Below are positions 36,754 to 46,308 of a stretch of DNA of 64,000 nt, piece after piece. Within the stretch, counting starts at the first letter, position 1; each line of letters starts with the position of its first letter. The DNA comes from Terriglobia bacterium (GTDB taxonomy: Bacteria; Acidobacteriota; Terriglobia; JAJPHL01; JAPKYU01): the NCBI GenBank assembly GCA_965206645.1, contig CBDBKE010000004.1, positions 256,001-320,000 of the forward strand, in the 5' to 3' direction. The position numbers and the translations under genes were made by a program. The notes beneath the pieces were generated by a model. That model did not search any database and was not told where the DNA came from. It saw only the letters and a list, made by a program, of their open reading frames with translations.

Positions 36754-37740
36754 TCAGGCCAGCAGCCGGCGGGCGTCTTCAATGGTGGCGCGCAGGGTGT
36801 CGGCCGGGTCGCGGAAGGTAGCCCCCAATGCCTGGCTCGCTTTGCTGTTGTCCAGGTACCAGAAATGCGAGGCCATCTCCACTTCAGCCTGCGTTACCGG
36901 GAAGTACCTCGGAGCCAACGCGCGCATGACGGGGTTCAGGCGGGCCACCCAGCTGGAGACGTTCGCTGAGACTCTTGTCCGAGGCGCCTTCACTCCGGAA
37001 AGGACTTCCAGGCGGTAGAAAAATTCGGCAAAGGTCCAGTTGGGTCCTCCAAGGAAATACCGTTCGCCGGCATGACCTTTCTCCATCGCTGCCCCCAGGG
37101 CCGCTGCTGCGTCGCGCACGTCCAAGAAATTCAACCCTCCTGGCGGCACGGCGAAAACCTTCTGGCGCAGGAACAGGATCACTTCCCGGATGGATCGGCC
37201 CTTCTGGTCGCCGGGCCCCAGCAGCAGGCTGGGATTGACGACCACCACAGGCAGTCCGCGTGCGCGGTGATACGACAGGGCCAGTTTCTCTTCGAAGATC
37301 TTGCTTAAATAGTAAGGCCAGCGTCCCACCACGTCATTGGCAAACGGCTCGTCCTCCCGGTGGACGTCCGGCGAGCGGCTGACGGCAATCGTTCCGGAAG
37401 AGGAGACGAGAACTATCTTTTCGACACCAAACTCCAAGGCGGCCTCGCACAGGTTGCGCGTCCCCTCCACGTGCGTGCGGTAGAGCAGGGGCGCCTGGCT
37501 GGGCTCGCGGGACACAAGACCGGCCAGGTGATAGACGCGCGAGACGTCGCGCATCGCCTTGCGGACCGCAGCGCGATCGCAGACGTCTCCCTGCACCACC
37601 TCTGCGTCCGTCTGGGTTTCGCTCCAGCGCCCGCTGCGAGTCAGCAGGCGCAAGCCCGCGCTCGAGCCGGACTCGCGTATCCAGCGCAGCAGGTGAGTGC
37701 CCAGAAAACCGGTGGCACCGGTAATCAGGATCTTGCTCAA
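36754..37740 (-). CDS. NAD-dependent epimerase/dehydratase (DFR/HpnA-like SDR; ElbE-like position)
   Basis: ITGATGFLG, YHLAG, YYLSK (YxxxK) and NPSLLLGPGD motifs. Confidence 0.9.
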   Translation of the reverse strand: MSKILITGATGFLGTHLLRWIRESGSSAGLRLLTRSGRWSETQTDAEVVQGDVCDRAAVRKAMRDVSRVYHLAGLVSREPSQAPLLYRTHVEGTRNLCEAALEFGVEKIVLVSSSGTIAVSRSPDVHREDEPFANDVVGRWPYYLSKIFEEKLALSYHRARGLPVVVVNPSLLLGPGDQKGRSIREVILFLRQKVFAVPPGGLNFLDVRDAAAALGAAMEKGHAGERYFLGGPNWTFAEFFYRLEVLSGVKAPRTRVSANVSSWVARLNPVMRALAPRYFPVTQAEVEMASHFWYLDNSKASQALGATFRDPADTLRATIEDARRLLA

Positions 37741-38534
37741 GCCTGCCCGCCCTCGCGCAGTTGTTCCACGGCCTGCTGGATTCGTTCCGTCACTCGCAAG
37801 GTGGCCGCGTTGAACTTCATTCCCCGCCCAAGGGTCTCCGCCGCCAGTTGTTCATAGCTGAGGACGGTGCCAATGCGAGCCTCCAGTCGTCGCGATCGCA
37901 ACAGCGTCTTGCCTTTGGGAAGTGCCTTGTAGGTGCCGTGGAGGTATATGGGCAGCACATCCACCTGGTTTCTCAGGCAGAGAGCAGCGGCTGTACGCTT
38001 GAACCGGCCCATACGTCCATCCGGGCTTCGCGTCCCTTCCGGGAACACCAATAGGTTGTTTCCGGCAGCCAGGCAGGCATCGCCGTAAGGCAGAGCCCGG
38101 TGGAGCGGAATCTCCCGGTCCATGGGCAGAAGCTTGGTGCATTTCTGGCAGTAGGTGCGTTTCAGCTTGTTGTTGAAGAAGTAGTCGCTAGCAGCCAGCA
38201 CGTACAACTTTTTCCTTTGCCGGCCCAAAATGTGGGCTACCAACCCGTAATCGAGGTGGCTCGCGTGGTTGCTGACGACTAGGAAGTTGCTGTTCTGCGG
38301 AATCTGCTCCCGGCCCTCCACGCGCACGTGGAACGCCAGGCCGAACACGAGCTCTTCGGCCAGATCCACGGTCCAGTGGGTAAGAGCCGCCAGGGACCGG
38401 AGTAGCGGATAGGTATCTTCCAGATGGTTGGAGAGAGAACTTACCGTACCGGTTCCTAGCTGGCCGAAGCGGTTTGTTTGGCTCTGCCGGCGCGCGGCGC
38501 CTTCATGCTCCGCACGAACTCGGGCCGGATCCAT
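37737..38534 (-). CDS. Lysophospholipid (PlsC-type) acyltransferase
   Basis: NHASHLD (HX4D) and VFPEGTRS motifs. Start uncertain because it overlaps the upstream FAR gene. Confidence 0.85.
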   Translation of the reverse strand: MDPARVRAEHEGAARRQSQTNRFGQLGTGTVSSLSNHLEDTYPLLRSLAALTHWTVDLAEELVFGLAFHVRVEGREQIPQNSNFLVVSNHASHLDYGLVAHILGRQRKKLYVLAASDYFFNNKLKRTYCQKCTKLLPMDREIPLHRALPYGDACLAAGNNLLVFPEGTRSPDGRMGRFKRTAAALCLRNQVDVLPIYLHGTYKALPKGKTLLRSRRLEARIGTVLSYEQLAAETLGRGMKFNAATLRVTERIQQAVEQLREGGQA

Positions 38535-40063
38535 TTCTCAATGCCTTTGGTGTGTTTGTGTACCCAGTAATCTGCCCAGTCAATATTCTCCGGGTCCCAG
38601 GTCAACCGCTGGCGATCCGCCTCGGTTAGCTGGGCATAGGTATCGCGGATATTGCGCGATTCGAAAATGAACCGGCAGCGCACCATGAAGGGCAGGTACT
38701 GGTCCAGAGTTTGTTCCCGCAAGGCAATCTCCCGCGAGAGCATGCGCAGGCGCCGGTTTAATTCCTGCAGGCGCTCCTTGCCCGGCAGGCGGCGGCGCTG
38801 GGAAAGGCCCGATAGGCGGGAAACGGCGCGCTTGCTCAGGCTGAGCAGCTTCCGCTTCAGGCCGCGCTGCACCTTCAGTTCTTGTTCGGTGACCGCTCGG
38901 GTCTCGATGTAGGCCCGGGCCATGTTCAGGATCTTGCTGCCCTCGCTTTTCCTGCGGTTGATCTTGCGAGCATACATGCCCAGAAAATTCACCAGCCGAC
39001 GGTAGAGGACCGGGTTCACGTCGGCGCTCCCGAGCTGGTAGACCTGATGGTGCCGGTTGCACAGAATGGCGGCGCTGGCGATCAGCATCCCTGCCGCGAC
39101 CAAATCCACCGGCACGATTTCCAGCGGGTCCTCCTTCCGCACCGGCCAGCTTTTCACCCCCGCCGCCGCCATCAGGATCAGCGGCGCCGTGGTGCGGAAT
39201 CCCTCAGTCCAGCCGGGGACGGGGAAGCGAATCGCGGTGCCCACAATGGCCGGCCGCACGATGGTATAGACCAGGTCCTGTTCTCGCGCCAGAAACTGTT
39301 CGCCAAGGCTCTTCATGTAGGTGTAAGTATTGATCCAACCCCAGTGCTGGGCCCTCGCCATCCCCAGTCGCACCAGTTCCTTGCGGAGCTCCATCGGATC
39401 GTTCTGGTAGTTCTGGCGCGCCGCCTCGATTGCTTGTTCGCAGTATTTCAGCTCCTTGATGCAATCGAAGCGATCATCGGCCGGGCCGTTGCGTCGGGGA
39501 TAAAATCCCGGGACGGTGCTGTCCTCCGGTACCCTGCCGTCGTAGGCGCCCACGACATAGCAGGTGGAGATGTGCACCAGGCGGGCACCCAGGGCGCGGC
39601 ACAGCTGGCTCGCGTTCTTCGTGCCGTACAGGTTAGTGGCCAGGGACTCATCCAGAGGTGGAGAAAAATCAACCAGACCGGAGGAGTTGATGACGACGCC
39701 TGCCGCGCCCTTCAATTCGTCGATCTGGTTCCGGGAAAGCCCGCAGAGGGGCTCGCTGACGTCGCCTTCGAGCACCTGAATCTTGCGCTGCACAAAATCC
39801 AAACCCAGCTTTTCGACGATGGGCGTCAGAGCTGGCGAGTGGGCTGTTTCACCATAAAAGCGCTGCTCGGCGGAGCGGCCGGGCTTGGCCCGGCACAGCA
39901 CGTACAGTTTCTTCAAGTCGGGGTAGCGGTCCAGCAGCAGCGCCACCGTTGCCTTCCCCATGAAGCCGGTGGCGCCGATCAGCAGGATGCCGTTTTGGCG
40001 GAAGATGGCATCGGCGTCAATGGGGACGTCGGTTGGATGCATCTTGCTCGCAATCGCGGACAC
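38456..40063 (-). CDS. Fatty acyl-CoA reductase (FAR / male-sterility type)
   Basis: IGATGFMGK, HISTCYV, WGWINTYTYMKSLGE, IVRPAIV, IVPVDLVA; C-terminal DPENIDWADYW. Confidence 0.88.
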   Translation of the reverse strand: MSAIASKMHPTDVPIDADAIFRQNGILLIGATGFMGKATVALLLDRYPDLKKLYVLCRAKPGRSAEQRFYGETAHSPALTPIVEKLGLDFVQRKIQVLEGDVSEPLCGLSRNQIDELKGAAGVVINSSGLVDFSPPLDESLATNLYGTKNASQLCRALGARLVHISTCYVVGAYDGRVPEDSTVPGFYPRRNGPADDRFDCIKELKYCEQAIEAARQNYQNDPMELRKELVRLGMARAQHWGWINTYTYMKSLGEQFLAREQDLVYTIVRPAIVGTAIRFPVPGWTEGFRTTAPLILMAAAGVKSWPVRKEDPLEIVPVDLVAAGMLIASAAILCNRHHQVYQLGSADVNPVLYRRLVNFLGMYARKINRRKSEGSKILNMARAYIETRAVTEQELKVQRGLKRKLLSLSKRAVSRLSGLSQRRRLPGKERLQELNRRLRMLSREIALREQTLDQYLPFMVRCRFIFESRNIRDTYAQLTEADRQRLTWDPENIDWADYWVHKHTKGIEKWIRPEFVRSMKAPRAGRAKQTASAS

Positions 40064-40087
40064 AGTCTCCTCTAGTACCGTCCCAAC

Positions 40088-41785
40088 TTAGGTGGCCGGC
40101 GCCTCTTCCAGCACATCGGTCATTACGATTGGCGCCATATGCAGCATCGTCACCGTGGGCCGCCGCCCCAGGTGGGACTCGGCCATGGCCAGCGCCTCCT
40201 CCATGGTGCGCGCATTCGACCAGCCCAGAATCGGCGCCACGTGGTCATTCTCGGCGCCCACCACGATGGTCTTGCCCAAATGGGCCCGTCCGTTTTCTCC
40301 CCAATACCACATGTAGAAGGGGTGGACGCCGTGGTAGGCGTAGCCCTCCCTGTACATGGCAATATACCGGGGATCACGGGCAAATTCCTCCTCATATTTT
40401 TCCTGCAAGACGAACGAATCCCGTGTCTCGGTCAGCAGGCGGTGGAAGAACTCGATGTAGGAGGGGTGGAATGCCGGGTCAAACTCGTCGTAGAGCGGGT
40501 GGGTGATGATCATCACCCCACCCTTCTTCACCAGAGGGCGGTGCCGGTAAAAGTTGAAGAAGTACCCGTTGGCCATCACCTGCACCAGGATCGGGTTCAT
40601 GATGGAGTTGACATTGTAGGGAGAGACGAACGGGATGCCAGTGATCACCACGTCCGACTGGCCCTGGACAGCCACGTTGTACTGCTCGTAGCACTTACTC
40701 AGGACCTTCCTGTGCGTGGCCTCGGTTTCCCCGGCGAAAACGGAGGTCATTTCGTAGGGCGAGGGGATGCCGGAAAATAGTTTGCGTTTCCACGATCGGG
40801 GCAGCACGGCCAGCGTCTTCTGCAGGGCCCGGAATTTGAGGCGCTCCGACCCGGTGAACTCGTCCTCGTTCTTGGTGAGAAAGCTTAGTGGTTCGGCGAA
40901 CATCCGGTTGTTGACGGTGGTCTCTATGTGAAAGACCTTCAGGTGGCGGTCAATGACCCGGCCGATCCGACTGCAGGAGGCGGCCAGGGCGGAGCGGTCC
41001 GGGTCCATGTAGGAATCCGAGTCCAGGATTGCCTGCGGGGTGTGGTGGGCCTGCAAGGTGGGGTAGTCGCACAAGCCGGTCCCCACCGACTTGTGACCGC
41101 CGTCCATCGAGACCAGGTTGATATTCACGTAGATCAGCAGGTCGGACTCGGCCGCTCGCCGGTTGACCCGCACCCGCTCGCCGTGTTCGGTGGTCCCCAG
41201 CTCGACCATCCCTTCCCGATCCTCGCCATCGTGGTTGTAATAACGATCGGGGTGGAAGGCGTTGAAGATTCTTTTCCCCACGCAGCGCTTCATCTCGGCC
41301 GGCGTCATGCGCCGGTGGAAGGAGTTGGCGATCACAATGTGTACATCGTCCACGCCGCGCTCGCCCAGCAGCCGCAGCAGTACGGTCAGCACTGACTGCC
41401 GGATGTCGGGCTTGCGCATAGGAGGCAATGGCAGCGAGATATCGTCGATGGCGATCGTCACCTTCATGCCAGCACGCAGCAGCGCCGGCAGCGGCTCCAT
41501 GTTCTCCGGATGGCGGATGGCATACTCGATGGCCGCCTCGCGGTTGGGCACCGGGGTCATGGGCGGTTTGGGGTAGACGACGCGCGTGCCGGCCGGCAGC
41601 TTCGCCTCCACCAGGTCTTCGCCCGACCAAAGGATGCGCGGGGCGGAGTTTTCCTCCAGATAAACAACGCAGTTGGAGCTGAACTTCTCGGTGTTGGTGG
41701 ACGCCCAACGAGGTTTCAACGCGTCCCGGAGCCCGCGGCCCAATTGGACCGGCGTCCCGGTGGTGGAATTTTGCGCCTCGCCCAT
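40088..41785 (-). CDS. LarA/DUF2088 (lactate racemase-like) domain protein
   Basis: IAIDDISLPLPPM, ANSFHRRMT, YNHDGED, DGGHKS and YHGVHPFYMW motifs. Confidence 0.82.
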   Translation of the reverse strand: MGEAQNSTTGTPVQLGRGLRDALKPRWASTNTEKFSSNCVVYLEENSAPRILWSGEDLVEAKLPAGTRVVYPKPPMTPVPNREAAIEYAIRHPENMEPLPALLRAGMKVTIAIDDISLPLPPMRKPDIRQSVLTVLLRLLGERGVDDVHIVIANSFHRRMTPAEMKRCVGKRIFNAFHPDRYYNHDGEDREGMVELGTTEHGERVRVNRRAAESDLLIYVNINLVSMDGGHKSVGTGLCDYPTLQAHHTPQAILDSDSYMDPDRSALAASCSRIGRVIDRHLKVFHIETTVNNRMFAEPLSFLTKNEDEFTGSERLKFRALQKTLAVLPRSWKRKLFSGIPSPYEMTSVFAGETEATHRKVLSKCYEQYNVAVQGQSDVVITGIPFVSPYNVNSIMNPILVQVMANGYFFNFYRHRPLVKKGGVMIITHPLYDEFDPAFHPSYIEFFHRLLTETRDSFVLQEKYEEEFARDPRYIAMYREGYAYHGVHPFYMWYWGENGRAHLGKTIVVGAENDHVAPILGWSNARTMEEALAMAESHLGRRPTVTMLHMAPIVMTDVLEEAPAT

Positions 41786-41786
41786 A

Positions 41787-42458
41787 CTAGCCCAGGTAGA
41801 CGATCGGCCAGCCGCTTCCCTGTGCCACCTTCTTCAAGCGCCGATCGGGATTGGTGGCAATTGGCTCCCCCACAGCTTTCAGCATGGGCAGGTCGGAATA
41901 GCTGTCCGAATAGGCCCGCGATTGGCTCAGGTCAATCTCTTGTTTCTGGCAGTAGTCCTCGATGGCGGCAACCTTCGCTTCCTCGGCAATCAGTGGCGGT
42001 ATCACGCGGCCAGTGGCGACCTGGTCTGCGTATTCCAGCCGGTTGCAGATCAAATCGTCAAAGCCCAGTTCCGCAGCCACTGGCTGGGCGGTAAAATCCA
42101 GCGTGCCCGTCACCAAGACGTTGCGGTAGCCGGACGCTCGATTCCCGCTCACCAGGTCGTAGGCGCGGGGATAGATGGACGGCTTGGTCACGGTTTCAAA
42201 AAGATCGTCCGACAGCCCGATCAGCCGGTCGCGCTCGATGCCCTTGTAGCGTCTGAAATGGTAAACGTTAAACGCCCGCCGGGAGTAGAGGTCAATCAGC
42301 AGCAGCAGGGGCACGCTCGCCAGTACCTTGGTAAACTTGTAGAGCGACTTGAAGATCGATCGGTGGTTGCGCGCATAGTAGGCGTAGGCGTGCACGAGGG
42401 TGGAATGGACCAGCGTTCCGTCCAGGTCAATGAAAGCTGCTTTTCGGGTTCCGTCCAT
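41787..42458 (-). CDS. HAD-IB family hydrolase (phosphoserine phosphatase-like)
   Basis: AAFIDLDGTL, LVTG, K, AYSDSYSDLPML and NPD motifs. Confidence 0.9.
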   Translation of the reverse strand: MDGTRKAAFIDLDGTLVHSTLVHAYAYYARNHRSIFKSLYKFTKVLASVPLLLLIDLYSRRAFNVYHFRRYKGIERDRLIGLSDDLFETVTKPSIYPRAYDLVSGNRASGYRNVLVTGTLDFTAQPVAAELGFDDLICNRLEYADQVATGRVIPPLIAEEAKVAAIEDYCQKQEIDLSQSRAYSDSYSDLPMLKAVGEPIATNPDRRLKKVAQGSGWPIVYLG

Positions 42459-42815
42459 TGCTACCTACCATTGCTACCTGGACGACGAGCACCGACCCTG
42501 ACAGGTAGGGGCGACAAACTTCCCCCGCAGAGCAGCAGAAGTCGGGATACGGCTCATCCTGTCTTGGATTGAGCCACTTAGGAGCTTGCTTCGCCCGCTG
42601 GCCTCCTCCTAGGCCATGCAGCCCCAACTGCAAAAAACTCGTCGCGGGGCGTTTTCGTACTGCAACTCTTCGTTTGCAATCTGGCCCGCGACAGGAGTTT
42701 AGCAACTCTACAAAGCTCTACTTCACAAGTCAAGGATTCCGAACGCGCAGTGGCAGGCTTGGTACCTGCTGCACGGCGAACACGTAACCTGGTGCTGGCG
42801 GACTGAATCCGCGCG

Positions 42816-43214
42816 CTAACTCATCGAGGTGAAGTACTGAGGTTCAATCTTGTAGAGTACGCGCACCTCGCCCGGCTGCCTGAAGGGGTACTTGTCTTTG
42901 TCCAGATACTTCTTGGCCATGCGGTCAATGTGCGCGTCCGCCCCTTCCTCGGTGACTTCCGCCACGCGCCCACGAATTTCCAGGTAGCGGTAGGGGTTGT
43001 CCAAGTCCACCAGGGCCAGCGAGACGCGCGGGTCGCGTCTCATGTTGCGGTCCTTTTGGCGCCCCTTGGCGGAGTTGACGAGGACGTGCTGGCCGTCGAA
43101 ATCGCACCAGACCGGCGTTACCTGCGGCCGGCCGTCCGGCATCAAAGTCGCCAGACTGGCGAAGATCCGTTTGCTGAACAGGTCCTTGTAGCTTTCGGGA
43201 ATGGCTGCGGGCAT
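42816..43214 (-). CDS. PPOX-class F420-dependent oxidoreductase
   Basis: LATLMPDGRPQVTPVW, GRQKDRNMRRDPRVSL and YRYLEIRG motifs. Confidence 0.9.
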   Translation of the reverse strand: MPAAIPESYKDLFSKRIFASLATLMPDGRPQVTPVWCDFDGQHVLVNSAKGRQKDRNMRRDPRVSLALVDLDNPYRYLEIRGRVAEVTEEGADAHIDRMAKKYLDKDKYPFRQPGEVRVLYKIEPQYFTSMS

Positions 43215-43339
43215 CGAAAACACCTCCTTTGCAGGCACGCATTCTAGCACCGGTCAGGGCTCCATCCCGTCGCGCAGGTACATGGGCGTGGAGCGACCAT
43301 CAGGTTCAAGTGCCCGGGTTCGAGTACCTATGCCGCCGC

Positions 43340-44884
43340 CTACCGGGGGCGATGCCCCAGCGCTACCAGAAAGATCGCGCTCTTGCCCCGCGCGTGCAGC
43401 GAGAAAAACGCGGTTACGTCGTCGTCGAAGAAGGTCAGGCCGGTGGCGCCCAGCCGCTGAGCGTAGGTCGCCAGATACAGCTTGCCGCCGATGATGCCCG
43501 CCTCCAGTTGCACGGCGCGATAGCCGCGGTTGCCGTAGCGCTCCAGAATCGGCTCCAGATCGGCCAGGAAGAATACCGCTGCGCTGCAATCGGCCGGCAA
43601 CTCCTGCTCCAGGCCCAGGTATCCGGCAACGTCGCGGAAGTCTCCCTCTTTCAGGCATTCGAGGGCGCGCTCAGTTCGGCGGAAAAAATACGCTCCGGGT
43701 TCCAGCCCCTCGACCGCGTGCGCGATCACGTAGAGGTCATTCCACTGAGTGCTCGGGGGTTGAAGAAAATCGGCCGGGACCCCGCGCGTGGCGCGGTCCA
43801 GGATCGTCGAGAGCTGGGCAAAGGTGATGGGCTCGCGCGCGAACATACGGCTGGAGCCACGGCGCAGGATCACCTCCTCGACGGTGTCGGGCGGCATTTC
43901 CTCATCCGATAACGGACGTAATGGAACCAGTCTGTCAATGGGAGCAGGCTTCCCGGCCTGTCCACTTCCAGCGGCGGACGACCCGTTGCGCCAGGCACTT
44001 ACTTCCTCAGCGGAAACAAGCGACGAAGCCTCATTCATTTCCCGCACGGCCGGGTAATCCACCTCATGGTGCGACAGGGGGGCGGTTTCGAGCTCCAGCG
44101 GCGGTATCTCTGTGGGCGCCGGCGGCGCGGGCGTCGCCGTGCGCCCCAGCGTCACCATGGAAAAAGCCACCTCGCGGTGTGTCTCCAGCCCCAGCAGGTG
44201 GTTCACTTCCGAGTCCACGAAGCCCATCACCACCGTTGCCGGCAGCCCCAGCGCCGCCGCTTCGGCCAGCAGGTTAGCCAACATGGTGCCGTTGTCCCAG
44301 CCGAAGTGGCGGTAAGTCCGCGCCTGGTACTTCCAGGCGTTGCGCCAGTAGGTGCCTGCCGAAACCACAACCGCCGGCGCTTGCGCCAACGCCGGCTCGC
44401 CAGCGGTGGCCTGCACTAGCACGTTGCGCCAGTCGCCCGTCCGCAGCCGCCGCAGGGCCATGTCTGCCGGGCTGAAGTGGTAGAGCCCGGCGTCGAGGCC
44501 CGGCAGGTCGCCGCAAGCCACGTACAGCTCGAATTCGTAGAGCGCGCCGGTGCAAGCCGCTGCGCGGAACAGAATTTCGCCGCCCGTATAGCGGCGGCGT
44601 TTCGTGATCCCGGCAGCGAAGTAGAGCACCTGCGTCAGTGCGGCTAAATCCGGAATGGCCTCGTCAGTTGCTTTGCCTTCGCGGCTAGCCATTGCCGCCA
44701 GTGCCGGCACACCAGACTGGCGCATCTCGTGCGGCAGCTTGATCGGCTCTAGCGTGCGATAAATCTTGAAGGGCAGGGGTTGATTCCGCCAGTCCAGAAA
44801 GTGCGCACTCCTCCGCACGCTCTCAAGGGAATGCTTGGTGCCGTTGTGATACGCCCAGGCTTGTTCGGTGTCGCGATTTGCCAC
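43340..44884 (-). CDS. SagB/ThcOx-family dehydrogenase (tandem nitroreductase-like domains)
   Basis: YHNGTKH, RAAACTGALY, WKYQARTYRH..WDNG, RRGSSR and RGYRAVQLEAG motifs. GTG start with GAGGAG RBS. Confidence 0.85.
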   Translation of the reverse strand: MANRDTEQAWAYHNGTKHSLESVRRSAHFLDWRNQPLPFKIYRTLEPIKLPHEMRQSGVPALAAMASREGKATDEAIPDLAALTQVLYFAAGITKRRRYTGGEILFRAAACTGALYEFELYVACGDLPGLDAGLYHFSPADMALRRLRTGDWRNVLVQATAGEPALAQAPAVVVSAGTYWRNAWKYQARTYRHFGWDNGTMLANLLAEAAALGLPATVVMGFVDSEVNHLLGLETHREVAFSMVTLGRTATPAPPAPTEIPPLELETAPLSHHEVDYPAVREMNEASSLVSAEEVSAWRNGSSAAGSGQAGKPAPIDRLVPLRPLSDEEMPPDTVEEVILRRGSSRMFAREPITFAQLSTILDRATRGVPADFLQPPSTQWNDLYVIAHAVEGLEPGAYFFRRTERALECLKEGDFRDVAGYLGLEQELPADCSAAVFFLADLEPILERYGNRGYRAVQLEAGIIGGKLYLATYAQRLGATGLTFFDDDVTAFFSLHARGKSAIFLVALGHRPR

Positions 44885-45087
44885 GCTCTCCTCGACCGGG
44901 AGCATATCAAAAGCCAAGCCACCCAGCACAAAACCACAAAGCCGCAAAAACAATGCTGCAAAGGAACACTAAGGACAAGCCGCCCCGTCTCCATGACCTT
45001 TGTGTGTTCTTTCCCTGCAAGCGGAGTATCATTCTGGCAAGAGCTGAATCGTTTAGCATGCGTCTTGCGGGCAGAGGGTTCAGCAAG

Positions 45088-46308
45088 ATGAGAGCAAGAA
45101 CTGCATCGCTGCTGCTGGGAATACTCTTACACGCCTCATACGGTGTGACCTCACACAGTGAGACTGGAGACGCGCCCTGGGAGAAGTACATGAAAGCCGG
45201 CGCGGAAGCCTACCAGAACGGAAAGTACGCCGAGGCTGAGAAACAGTTTGTGTCAGCTCTGAAGGAAGCCGAAGAGTTCGAAGAGCAGGACCCTCGGTTG
45301 GCGACCAACCTCAACAACCTGGCGGCGCTCTACGCTGCCCAGAGCAGGTATGTGGAGGCCGAGCCGCTTTACCGCCGCGCGTTGGCTATCCGGGAGGAGA
45401 CACTGGGACCGGAGCATTCCGAGGTAGCGGCTACCCTCAGCAACCTGGCGGTGCTTTACAGTGCCCGTGGCCAGTACACCGAAGCCGAGCCGCTCTACCG
45501 GAGGGCTCTGGCGATCTGGGAGAAAGCCCTGGGTCCGGAGAACCCCAAGGTGGCCCAAACCCTCGACAAGCTGGCAGGGCTCTTCGACGTTCAGGGTAAG
45601 TACGCCGTGGCTGAGCCCTTCCACCGGCGCGCGGTGGCGATCCGGAAAAAGGCGCTGGGGCCGGAGCATCCCGATCTGGCCGCCAGCCTCAGCAACCTGG
45701 CGTCGCTCTACCACGAGCGGGGCAAGTACGCAGAGGCCGAGCCGCTCTTCCGACGGGCGCGAGCGATTGCGGAGAAGGCCCCTGGGTCTGAGCACCTCGT
45801 GGGTGCCAGCCTCCACGGTTTGGCAGATTTCTACCGCGCGCAGGGCAACTACACGAAGGCCGTGCTGTTCTACCGGCGCGCGTTGACAATGCGGGAGAAG
45901 GCCCTGGGGCCGGACCACCCCGACCTGGCTGCCAGCCTCAACAACCTGGCGGGGATTTACCGTGTCCAGGCCAAGTACGCTGAGGCCGAGGCGCTGTACC
46001 GGCGTGCGCTGGCGATTGCCGAGAAAGCCGCGGGACCGGACCATCCCGCTGTGGCCGCCAGTCTCAACAACCTGGCGTTGCTCTACGACGACCGAGCGAA
46101 ATACGCAGAAGCGGACCCGCTCTATCAGCGAGCGCTGGCCATCCGGGAGAAGGCTCTGGGACCAGAGCATCCCGACGTGGCCCAGACCCTGGAGAATTAC
46201 GCCGTGCTGCTGCGGAAAATAGATCGCGGCGCCGAAGCGGCCAAACTGGAGGCTCGCGCCCAGGCCATCCGCACCAAACATGGCCAAAGCGATAGGAGTC
46301 GAAGATGA
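45088..46308 (+). CDS. Exported tetratricopeptide repeat protein (42-aa kinesin-light-chain-type TPRs)
   Basis: Repeated LNNLAxLYxxQGKYAEAEPLYxRALAIxEKALGPEHP units; signal-like N-terminus. Confidence 0.9.
   Translation: MRARTASLLLGILLHASYGVTSHSETGDAPWEKYMKAGAEAYQNGKYAEAEKQFVSALKEAEEFEEQDPRLATNLNNLAALYAAQSRYVEAEPLYRRALAIREETLGPEHSEVAATLSNLAVLYSARGQYTEAEPLYRRALAIWEKALGPENPKVAQTLDKLAGLFDVQGKYAVAEPFHRRAVAIRKKALGPEHPDLAASLSNLASLYHERGKYAEAEPLFRRARAIAEKAPGSEHLVGASLHGLADFYRAQGNYTKAVLFYRRALTMREKALGPDHPDLAASLNNLAGIYRVQAKYAEAEALYRRALAIAEKAAGPDHPAVAASLNNLALLYDDRAKYAEADPLYQRALAIREKALGPEHPDVAQTLENYAVLLRKIDRGAEAAKLEARAQAIRTKHGQSDRSRR

Noticed and set aside
43340-44884. SagB-like gene as part of a RiPP (azole) cluster
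   Set aside because: No YcaO, precursor peptide or transporter nearby.
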